60,000 nucleotides of DNA from Malacoraja senta (lineage: Eukaryota): contig CM075989.1 in the NCBI GenBank assembly GCA_038087875.1, positions 11,286,001-11,346,000 of the forward strand, read 5' to 3'. Numbering within the stretch: position 1 is the stretch's first letter; every line of letters starts with the position of its first letter. The position numbers and the translations under genes are program-made. The notes beneath the pieces are model-generated. The model was not told where the DNA came from. It made no database searches and worked only from the letters and a program-made list of their open reading frames with translations. Shown piece by piece: positions 39,895-50,858 of this stretch.

Positions 39895-40440
39895 CGCTCC
39901 CACACTCACACCCTGCCTGCACACCCCCTCCCTCCCCCTCCCCCTCCTCCCACATCCTCCCTCCCCCCACCCACTCCTCACACCCGCCCACCCCTCTCCG
40001 GCTCCACAACGCTCACTGCCCCCTCCCCTCCAGACACACCCCACCAACAGACTCCCCCTCCTCCACATACACACCCCTCCCCCACACACACCCCTCCCCT
40101 ACACACATCCCCGCCACACACACCCCTCCCCCACACCCACTCTCCCCCCTCCCCCACCCACACACCTCCTCTTACACACCCCGCCAACACACACCCCTCC
40201 CCCCACACATACCCTCCCCTACACACATCCCCACCCACACACACCCCTCCCCATACACCTCCCTCTCCACATCCTTCCTCCCCCCCGCACCCCTCCCCCA
40301 CACCCCCCTCTCCCACATCCTTCCTTCCCCCGCACCCCCTCCCCCACACACACACCCTCTCCGGCTCAACAATGCTCGCTGCACTCCCTTCCCCCCTCCC
40401 CTCTCCCCACACACACCCGCCAACACAGCAACACAAGAAC
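39895..40440. repeat. C/A-rich low-complexity tandem repeat (G-rich on minus)
   Basis: Recurring cccctccccacacacac units. Confidence 0.85.
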
Positions 40441-42095
40441 TCTGCACTTACAAACTTGAAAATTGGCACCAAACCTGGCCTCTCTGTACTATCTCAATCT
40501 ACTACTGTTATACACTTGTACCATATCCGAGATGCTTATCTGTCAAAGTGATTATGTATGGTGATACATGTATTAAAGTGTATACAAAAATGAATTTCAC
40601 TTTAGCTCAGTAAATATGACTAATATATAACCATTGTACATTTATAAGCACAGTTCTTACCTTGGTCTTGGCTTTCAGTGTTGATGAAGAGGTTCCAGTC
40701 GCTTCTAGTGTGAAGATACCCTCCTTCTGTGTCAGTCGTGAAAACAGAGGGCAGATAGGAAGATGCCGAACAGCCTGGGAGCTGGGACACAACCTTGCTT
40801 CAATAGACAATAGGTGCAGGAGTAGGCCATTCTGCCCTTCAAACCAGCCCCGCCATTCAATGTGATCATGGCTGATCATCCACAATCAGTACCCCGTTCC
40901 TGCCTTCTCCCCATATCCCCTTGACTCCGCTATCTTTAAGAGCCCTATCTAGCTCTATCTTGAAAGTATCCAGAGAACCGGCCTCCACCGCCCTCTGAGG
41001 CAGAGAATTCCACACTCACCACTCTCTGTGTGAAAAAGTGTTTCCCCATCTACGTTCTAAATGGCTTACCCCTTATTCATAAACTGTGCCCCCTGGTCTG
41101 GACTCCCCCAACATCGGGAACATGTTTCCTGCGTCTAGCGTGTCCAAACCTTAACAATCTTATATGTTTCAATAAGATCCCCTCTCACCTTTCTAAATTC
41201 TAGAGAATACAAGCCCAGCCGCTCCATTCTCTCAGCATATGACAGTCCCGCCATCTCGGAAATTAACCTTGTGAACCTACGCTGCACTCCCTCAATAGCA
41301 AGAATGTCCCTTCCTCAAATTTGGAGACCAAAGCTGCACACAATACTTCAGCTGTGATCTCATTAGGGCCCTGTACAACTGCAGAAGGACCTTTTTGCTC
41401 CTATACACAACTCCTCTTGTTATGAAGGCCAACATGCCATTCGCTTTCTTCACTGCCTGCTGTACCTGCATGCTTACTTTCATTGACTGATGAACAAGGA
41501 CCTCCAGATCCCGTTGTACTTCCCTTTTCCAACTTGACACCATTTAGATAATAATCTGCCTTCCTGTTTTTGCTACCAAAGTGGATAACCTCACATTTAT
41601 CCACATTAAACTGCATCCGCCATGCATCTGCCCACTTACCCAACCTGTCTAAGTCACCCTGCATTCTCATAGTATCCTCCTCACAGTTCACACTGCCACC
41701 CAGCTTTGTGTCATCGGCAAATTTGCTAATCCCTTCACCTAAATCATTAATATATATTGCAAATAGCTGCGGTCCCGGCACCAAGCCTTGTGGTACCTCA
41801 CTAGTCACTGCCTGCCATTCTGAAAGGGACCCGTTAATACATACTCTTAGTTTCCTGTCTGCCAACCAATGTTCTATCCATATCAGCACTCTACCCCCAA
41901 TACCATGTGCCCTAATTTTCCCCATTAATCTCCTATGTGGGGCCTTATCAAATGCTTTCTGAAAGTCCAGGTACACTACATCCACTGGCTCTCCCTTGCC
42001 CATTTTCCTAGTTACATCCTGAAAAAAATTCCAGAAGATTAGTTTAGCATGATTTCTCCTTTGTAAATCCATGCTGACTCGGACCGATCCTGTTA

Positions 42096-43630
42096 AGGGC
42101 CTGTCCCATTTGGGCGACATTTTTGGCAACAGCCTGAAAAGAGGTTGTCGCGTCGTGGTCGGGTCATGACGCGTGGTGACACATGTAGTGACTCGTGGTG
42201 TCTCCCTGTCGCCCCTGGATTTTGGAATGTTCAAAATCCAGGGGCGACATCTGGGTGCCTCATCATGTCGTGCGCCCTGTCACACGCTGATGTATGCTGT
42301 CCTGCGGGTGACACAGATGGGCTGTAAAATATTCTTCCTTCAATGCATGGATTTTAAACATTAATATATTAAAATTAATACAATAAAATCAATTTTGCAA
42401 ATGAAAAGATGGCTGAGTGGTTCAGTTTTATTTACAGATGTATTGGTCCACTTCCAGATCCACTCACCATCTCTAACTTTTCACAGGGATGGATTCAGTG
42501 AGTGTAGACTGAAATCCCCCCTCCCCTCCTGCCCCATCCCTCCTTCTCCACTACCCCCCCTACCCTTCTCCAGTCCCTCTCCCCCCTTCTTTCCCGCCCC
42601 ATCCTTGCTTCAAAATGGGTGGTGGGTATTTAGACTCAGTGGCCGGAGCAGGTGGGTGGCACTGGTACATTGACAACATTGCCTGGACCCAGTTGAAAAG
42701 CCCGCTGCCTCTGGGGGTTTGGAGAGACCATTGGAAGAGAGCTCTGCCCTCTGGGACAACTTGTTTAGTTCCCATGAGCAGGCAGAACATTGGGGGTTCG
42801 AGTCCAACCCCTGGGCCCCTGTATCACATTTAGTTCAGAGATACAGTGCCCTTCGGCCCACCGAGTCCGCACTGACCAGCGATCCCCCGCACACAATCCC
42901 ACACATGCTAGGGACAATTTATACATACCAAGCCTATCAACCTAGAGTTAGGGTTAGGGTTAGGGTTATGGCTAGGGTTTGTATAAATTGGCCCTAGCGT
43001 GTGTGGGATAGTGTGCGTGTATTCGCTGGTCGCAGGCTGGGTCCACAAATGGGGGACATCGGGGAAAGTGGGGGGGGGGGGTGGAGAATGGGAGAAGGGA
43101 GGGAGAGGGGGAGAAGGAGATGTGAGGGGAGAGTGGAGAAAGGGGAGAAGAGTGGAGTGGGGAGAAGGGAGGAAGAGGGGGAAGGGAAGAAGTGGGGGGA
43201 GAGGGGAAGGGAAAAGGATAGGGGGGTTAGTGGAGAAGGAGGGATGGGGCAGGAGGGGGGTGGATGGGAGAGGGGAGTTCAATCTACACTCACTGAATCC
43301 ATCCTGTAAAAAGTTAGAGACGGTGATTGGATCTGGAAGTGGACCAATACATCTGTAAATACAACTGAATGACTCAGACATCTTTTCATTTGCACAATTG
43401 ATTTTATTGTATTAATTTTAATATATTAATGTTTAAAATCCATGCATTGAAGGAAGAATATTTTACAGCCCATCTGTGGTCCCTAACCCTAACCCTGATC
43501 CTAACCCTAACTGGGCGTCACCCACAGGACAGCATACGTCAGCGTGTATGTCGTAGAACTTGACGGTTTTACGGGCATCAGTCACTGACGCTCGCAGTCA
43601 CCAGAAAAATCGCAAAGTGGGACAGGCCCT
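42096..43630. mobile_element. Non-autonomous PIF/Harbinger-like element with long internal inverted repeats
   Basis: TIRs agggcctgtccca... and ...tgggacaggccct; 3-bp flanks tta/gta; internal inverted arms 42283-42520 versus 43270-43547. Confidence 0.78.
42948..42978 (+). repeat. Interstitial telomeric repeat (TTAGGG)3 plus variants; a second (CCCTAA)n tract at 43481-43511
   Basis: Read directly from sequence. Confidence 0.85.
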
Positions 43631-43891
43631 GTACTACTATCCAAATGTGCCGCTATTTCATCTTTTATAATTGACTCCAGCATCTTCCCCACCACCAATG
43701 TCAGGCTAACTGGTCTATAATTCCGTTTTCTCCCTCCCGTCTTTCTTAAAAAGTGGGATAACATTAGCTACCCACCTATCCACAGGAACTGATCCTGAAT
43801 CTATAGAACATTGGAAAATTATCACCAATGTGTCCATAATTTCTAGAGCCACTTCCATAAGTGTACCCTGGGATGCAGACCATCAGGCCCT

Positions 43892-43946
43892 GGGGGGGGG
43901 GTGGGGTGGGGGGGGGGGGGGGGGTGGGGGGGGGGGGTGGGGGGGG

Positions 43947-43980
<34 letters not shown>
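43892..43980 (+). repeat. About 90-nt poly-G tract
   Basis: Read directly from sequence. Confidence 0.9.
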
Positions 43981-46409
43981 CTGATCCTCTGGCCACTAGA
44001 ACATCAGGAAGATTGTTTGTGTCTTCCTTAGTGAAGACGGATCCAAAGTACCTGTTCAACTCATCTACCATTTCCTTGTTCTCCGTAATAAATTCACCCA
44101 TTTCAATCTTCAAGGGTCCAACTTTGGTCTTAACTATCTTTTGCCTCTTCACATACCTAAAGAAGCTTTTACTATCCTCCTTTATATTCTTGGCTAGCTT
44201 ACCTTCGTACCTCATCTTTTCTCCCCGTATTGCCTTTTTAGTTATCTGTTGCTCTTTGAACGTTAGCCAATCCTCTGGCTTCCCACTCATCTTTGCTATG
44301 TTATACTTCTTCTCTTTTATTTTTATACTGTCCCTGACTTCCCTTGTCAGCCACTGTCGCCCCTTAATCCCTTTGGAATCTTTCTTCCTATTTGGAATGA
44401 ACTGCTCCTGCACCTTCTGTATTATTCCCAGAAATACCTGCCATTGTTGTTCCACTGTCATCCCTGCTAGGGTATCTTTCCAGTCAACTTTGGCCAGCTC
44501 CTCCCTCATGGCTCCATAGTCCCCTTTGTTCAATTGTAATACTGACACCTCCGATTTACCCTTCTCCCTCTCAAATTGTAGATTAAAACCTATCATATTA
44601 TGGTCACTACCTCCTAATGGCTCTTTTACCTTGAGTTCCCTTATCAAATCCAGTTCATTACGCAACACTAAATTCGGAATTGCCTTCTCCCTGGTACGTG
44701 CCAGCACAAGCTGCTATAAGAATCCATCATGGAGGCACTCCACAAACTCCCTTTCTTGGGGTCCAGTACCAACCTGGTTTTTCCAGTCTACCTGCATGTT
44801 GAAATCACCCATAACAACCGCAGTATTACCTTTACGACATGCCAATTTTAACTCTTGATTCAATTTGCACCCACAGTATATACAGGCTACTATTTGGGGG
44901 CCAGTAGATGTCCAATTAGGGATTTTTACCCTTACAATTCCTGTTCTATCCATACTGACTCTACATCTCATGATTCTATGTCACCCCTTGCAAGGGACTG
45001 AATTTCATTCCTCACCAACAGAGCTACCCCACCCCCTCTGCCCACCTGCCTGTCTTTTTGATAGGTAATATACCCTTGAATATTCAGTTCCCAGCCCTGG
45101 TCCTCTTGCAGCCATGTCTCTGTAGTTCCCATAACATCATACTTGCCAATTTCTAACTGAGCCTCAAGCTCGTCCACTTTATTTCTTATATTTTGCATAT
45201 TAATATAAACATTTTAACTTTGGTATTCACCCCCCCCTCTCACACCAGTCACTATTGGCCCTGACCTTACTCTCTTATCCCTTCTCAAACTTTCCTTCCC
45301 ATTAATTCGGGAGTTTTTTGTAACTTTTCCGGTACTTGCTTTCCCTTTAACTCTATCTTTATACTCCCAATTCACTCCACTACTCATGGGGAAATTGTCC
45401 TAAGTAGCGCCATCAAATTGCACTGTAGATGCATGTGGACAGACTGGATGAGGTTTAGAAGACATGGTGGATATCCAATCGTCTCCAATACCTGGTAGAG
45501 CCACAGCTGCGGACAGAATCGAAAGCTTTTGCAAAAGGCCAATCTTTCTCTAAGTTTGAAGCAAACTTCCATATGTGGAGCAGCTGTTGAGGAACAACTT
45601 CCTGAGGCTCCGGAACAGATCAGCAAAGCTCAATCTCATCGGTCAGAAGAAAAGCAGCTGGAGGAACTCAGCAGGTCAGGCAACATATGTGAAGGGAATG
45701 GACAGATGATGTTTTGGATCACGGCCCTTTGAAGCTCCATTCTAGTCTCCATTCACCAGGTCAGTTAACAACGACGCAGATCGCAGAGGTTGATGATCAC
45801 CATGGACTGGAATAACACATGGTTGAAGATCCCAAAGGCCAATCTTGCTCCACGTTCTACGTGACCGTCCACACCTGGCGCTGGAGAAGCTGTTGAGGAA
45901 CAAGTTTGTGGGATTTCCTGTGGCCCCGGTTCTCCTCCAGATGGTGTGAAGGGGAAAACGTGAAACATCTGCCGACTGAACATCGGCAGCTGTTTCCGAG
46001 GAACTTTCCCAGCAAAGACTTGCAGAAAATTGCCACTGGGGCAGATGATGAGCCAGAGCCAGATGAGTTTGACAAATTTCTTAAAGGCCATGGATTCTCA
46101 CGTGCAACAGATCGCTGCCAGTTGTACTGGGAAATGTTGACGATGAAATACCAAATACAGATGAGAGCGCGGGCGGGGTGGCAAGTGGGGCCTTTGTTGG
46201 ACGGAGTGAGAAATTCCAGTGCGGTCCCCACCGATGTGGCTTCAAATCCGATGGTTTTACACGAACGGCACTCGAGTTCCTGACGTTCATTTTATCTGTT
46301 TTAGTTTGGTTTAGATTAATTTAATTTAGTTTACTTTAGTTTGGTATATATTGACGTGTACTGAGACTTTTGTTGCGTGCTATCCAATCCCTCTTGGGGT
46401 TGCATGGCG

Positions 46410-47980
46410 TTTAAGACATTTGTCAAACACGTCTGGCTCTGACTCATCATCTGCCCCAGTGGCATTTTTCTGCAAGTCTTTGGAGGGAAAGTACCTCGCA
46501 AACAGCTGACGACCACATCAGTCGGTAGATGTTTCATGTTTTCCCCTTCACACCATCTGGAGGAGATCCAGGGCGACAAGAAATCCCACCAAGTTGTTCC
46601 TCAACAGCTTCTCCAGCGCCAGGTGTGGAAGGTCACAGAGAACTTGGAGCAAGATTGGCCTTTGGGATCTTCAACGACGTGTCATTCCAGCCCATGTAGG
46701 TATGTTACAAAACTTACCTTCAGTCGCGCTGTAATTCTGCCACTGGCCGTGTGCGCGATTTTCGCGCCTTTAAGGGGGGGGGCGGGGTTAAAACGCGGGT
46801 TTCTCCTCCCTTGTCCTGAATTATATTTCGTTGGAGTACAAGCGTTGGCTGAAGAATCGTTCCTAGTGGCGTTTTGTGAATTTTTTATTTTTATTAAATC
46901 GTCAATGTCAGCGCTGGAGTAATTTTAAAATCAGCTCCTGAAGCGTCAACGCCGATAACAGGGACGGATTTCACACACGGGACAGGTAAACGAAAGTGGT
47001 TTCTTTAAATGTATAAAAGTGCTTCTTAAGAAGCCTTTAATTCACATTTTTTCATGCGAAACGGTGATTTTATTCCCCGAATTAACGGCAGTATTTTTCA
47101 TGCCAATACGGGGTTAAATTCACCGCAAATGAACGTTCCAAAAGATCGCGTTCCAGAAATCCTCACTCACAAGATGATTTAAATGCCCATTAATTTACAG
47201 GTATTAAACATTCAATTCCTTCCATTTGGCCTGTAAATTCATGAAAATGAGATTTAAAAATTATGTTATATTGTGAATTCTTGTGTGAATGTTATTTGGA
47301 CACTTAGGCTATTTAAAAATGTTAATCTATTCTTAAGAAATTGATAGATGTTTAGATCTAGTAATTGAATTTTGTAATTAGCTACAATTAGGTAACTAAC
47401 TAATTATATGCTTTACTTTCATGTCTTCTAAGTAAGATTGTTTCATATTTGTTTCAGAATGCTTCAATCTATAATAACTGAAAATTTCTTTGTTATCTTA
47501 ATTTTTAAGAAAGTTATGGGCTTTTAACTGTCCTCGATCACAGCTTTTGTGTTAAGTCAATGGAAAAGCAATAGGGAACAAGATGCTAATTTCCGAGTAT
47601 GAAAATGGCCATAACTTCTTTAATACTGAAGATATGAAAGTGAATTAGGTGTCAAATTAAACTTCTTTTTATGCTTTATCTGATGGGATAAATTGCAACT
47701 TTATTTTTAAAATCTCAAAATTTTGTAACATTGCTAGCCCATGGTGATCATCAACATCTGCTAACTGCTCTCGTCGGAAACTGACCTGTTAAATGGAGAC
47801 AAGAATGGAGTCTTGAAGGGTCACGATCCAAGACGTCGCCTGTCCATTCCCTCCACAGATGCTGCCTGGCCCGCTGAGTTCCTCCAGTTCTTTTTCTTCT
47901 TACCGAGGAGATTGAACCTCACCGATCTCCGACAAGATCTCGGTCTGGAAGTACATCTCGGTCGCGGTCTCCCACGCCAT
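46410..47980 (-). pseudogene. Orphan spliced reading frame: MAWETATEMYFQTEILSEIGEVQSP (47904-47980), 118-nt intron, exon from 47785 with TAG at 47761-47763 and a hAT insertion
   Basis: acgATGG Kozak, CG|gtaaga donor, ttgtctccatttaacag acceptor; paralogous copies have TGG where this copy has TAG. Confidence 0.45.
46697..47736. mobile_element. Non-autonomous hAT-like DNA transposon with 16-bp TIRs and 7-bp TSD gcccatg
   Basis: TAGGTATGTTACAAAA ... TTTTGTAACATTGCTA (2 mismatches); gcccatg at 46690-46696 and 47737-47743. Confidence 0.85.
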
Positions 47981-48454
47981 CGTCTTCAAGGCCGGTCGCA
48001 GAGCGGTCCAGGGGCGCTGGATCTACTCGGAGCCAACTTGACCTGCAGATGTTTGTGCGCAGCTGGACTTGCCGGGACTTAGCACCGGTGAGTGTGTGTA
48101 ACCGCGAACACCATCAATGGAGCAGAATGACACACGAAAGAGAGACTCCCCGCCTTCACACCCCTTCATACTCACTCCTCGCTCCTCCAGGGGGCTCGAC
48201 CCGTCGGCCAGCGGGTGCGGATGGGAAGGAAGGAATGACCCCTGAGAGGATATTTTATTAAATTGCGGGAGAGGGGCGATGTCTTTGGCCTTTTTCCTTG
48301 GTCGTGTCCGGAACGCAGACCCGGTCCGGCCGGTGAAGCCTCGCTGACCAGTGGGATGACCAGAGCGATGGATTGAGTCTTGAAGGATCCCTGGCGGGGG
48401 CGCGCCGCTGTCCACTCGCGGTGGGGGCGCGCGTCGAGGTTCTTCTCCGGCCAC

Positions 48455-48600
48455 TCACCCTCGGACACTGCGGACGCTGCCTGGACAGCGCCGTCTTTTA
48501 TAGACACCGCCATGTCCCGCCCCCCTCGCTGACCATTGGACCTCGCTCAGGCCACGGCGTTGAGCCATGGGGCGGACAGTCCATCCGATTGGCGGAGACC
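48455..48600 (-). promoter_or_regulatory. Pol II promoter-like cluster: CCAAT (48588-48592), GC box (48569-48575), CCAAT (48535-48539), GC box (48516-48525), TATAAAAG (48495-48502), Inr-like GCAGT near 48469, donor GG|gtgagt at 48458
   Basis: Motifs in canonical order and spacing on the minus strand within a CpG-rich island (about 47900-48730). Confidence 0.6.
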
Positions 48601-48729
48601 GCTGTCCGTCTGTGCGAAACCGGCCAAACTTCAGCGCGCGAAAGAAAGCTCGTGCGAAGCGATTGTCCGTTTGCTCCGGCCACGAGCCCGCCTGACCCGC
48701 ACCCCCTCCCCCACTGGCGCCAAGCCGGA

Positions 48730-49105
48730 CACTGAGGGAGATCAGGAACACTTGTGGAAGATTTTGAGGGACCATTGGTCACTGAGGGAATGAAGGACAC
48801 TGAGGGTCCGTTGGTCACTGAGGGACTGCCAGACTGAGGGTCATTGAGGGAGAACCGGACACTGACCATTGTTGATGGACTGAGGGACCATGGAGGGGAT
48901 GAGGGACCATTGAGGGTTTGAGGGACCATTGACTGAAGGGGATGAGCGACATTGAGGGGACGAGGGACCGCTGCTCATTGAGTGTCTGGTGGATGCTGAG
49001 GGAATGAGGACACTGGGAATGAGGCACGCTGAGGCGATGAGGGGCACCGAGGAACTGCGGGACAGACGATGCTGAGGGATTTAGGGACATTGAGGGGATG
49101 AGGGG
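48730..49105. repeat. Degenerate minisatellite of (c/t)tgaggga modules
   Basis: More than 15 tgagg(g)a cores at roughly 10-20 nt spacing. Confidence 0.75.
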
Positions 49106-50323
49106 CCAACTCCCGAGGGTGACCCATCACGCAAGGGAAGGTCCACTCTCCCAGGGGGCAACATAAGTTCAGGGAAAAAGTGAGATGTTGGTACTACTGC
49201 GATTAACAGTAGCAATATTGGTTTATCCCCAAAGAACCGCAGATGCCGGTTTACAAAACAAGACACAAAGTACTGGAGTAACACAACCGGTCAATCTACA
49301 AAAAAAAGTGCAGAGTGAGAAGGAGTTGTTGCTCCGTCTGGTGGAGCAGCTTTCTGTACCTTTTGCCTCACAGCAGCAGGGAGAGGAAGGGATGACCAGT
49401 CTGTTTGTTAAATTTGCTATAAAGGCCAACATGCCATTCGCTTTCTTCACTGCCTGCTGTACCTGCATGCTTACTTTCAGTGACTGATGAACAAGGACAC
49501 CCAGATCTTGTTGTTCTTCCCCTTTTCCTAACTTGACACCATTCAGATAATAATCTGCCTTCCTGTTCTTGCCACCAAAGTGGATAACCTCCCATTTATC
49601 CACATTAAAGTTAAAAGACTCGCTACAGTATGCACTAGATTGCACAATTTCAAGCTGAAAAATGCAAAAGCTCCATACTGTGGAAGGGGGGACACCCCCC
49701 TCCCACACCCCTTGGTTGCTACGCTCCCTCGGGCTTGGTCGCTCGCAATTTCTTACTCCCAACTCTCATCCAATGTTGCCAGCCCTGCAATAAACAAAAT
49801 TATGTTCGAAAATGAAATAGTGAGAGCTCAAGATTCCCATAAGGATGCGAATAAAGGCCAGCAAGTCCAAGAAACCCTAGATGTCACAGGTTATTAAGAG
49901 CTGAATAAAGAACAAAAAAGATAACAATGGCAGATTTAGAGAAATGAAAACAGAGAGGCACTTCAGGAGGCTAGAAATTGTAAGGCGTACGTAAAAAAAT
50001 TAGACGGGCACAAATTAGTGCCAGTGTGCAAGATTAACAAAATTCCACAATTTGTATGTTTATTAGAGATAAAGGGGCAAACAGGTTAAAGAGTTGAGCC
50101 CATTACTGGCCAAATGATCTGAACACAAAGAATATGAATGAGGTCTTGAATGACTACTACTCATCTGTATTCACTATGGGGAATTTTGTGGTTGAAGATT
50201 TCAGGTAGGTGGCCATGGAATCTTAGAACAAAGCAGGGAGGTGTTAGATGTCTCTGTGGGCTCAAAGGTGAACAAATCCCCAGGGCCTTATGAGATGTAT
50301 CCCAGGCTGCTATGGTATTGATA

Positions 50324-50560
50324 GACACAAAATGCTGGAGTAACTCAGCGGGACAGGCATGCCTGCACTGGATAGAAGGAATGGGTGAAGTTTCGGGTCG
50401 AGACCCTTCTACAGAAGAACTTCTCCAGTCAGAAGGATCTCGACCCAAAATGTCACCCATTCGTTCTATCCAGAAATGCTGCCTGTCCTGCCGAGTTACT
50501 CCAGCATTTTGTGTTTATCTTCAGTGTGAACCAGCATCGGCAATTTCGTCCTACACATTT
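50324..50560. mobile_element. Penelope-derived fold-back with two opposed hammerhead-like cores, 14-bp direct repeat ctatggtattgata (50310-50323, 50567-50580)
   Basis: Inverted arms and exact flanking repeat. Confidence 0.78.
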
Positions 50561-50858
50561 TCTCTCCTATGGTATTGATATCGACATTGGTTTATCATTG
50601 TCAAGTGCACAATGAAGACTTTGTTTGTGTACCACGCAGTCAAATCATACCATACATGAGTACAATCAAGTCATTACACAGTACATCAGTTAGAGCAAAG
50701 AGAAAAATTCCAGAATGCAGAATATAGTGTTACAGCATTACACTGTTGTTTTTACAAACTAAAAGGTGTCAGTACACACAATAAACACACATGGCATGGA
50801 AAATGAAATAAAAATATTTTACTTTTACACTGTGCTGGCGTGTACCATCGCTGGCATG

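Larger units (their letters stand above)
40800..45390 (-). mobile_element. Large CR1 LINE (endonuclease plus RT), split by a Harbinger-like insertion and a poly-G tract
   Basis: TETWL, MGDFN, SDHN, NYRPVSLT, YLDFQKAFDK, FADDTKLGG; CR1 sequence is continuous across 42095/43631. Confidence 0.92.

Noticed and set aside
39752..40472. Pro/His-rich and Gly/Val-rich ORFs
   Set aside because: Translations of a low-complexity C/A repeat
43830..44707. Poly-Gly and poly-Pro ORFs
   Set aside because: CR1 ORF2 sequence read through the poly-G tract
47900..47990. Arg-rich protamine-like or RVxF-containing frame (RRWRGRPRPR...RRSVRF)
   Set aside because: No in-frame ATG after the upstream stop, and the frame closes soon after the splice junction
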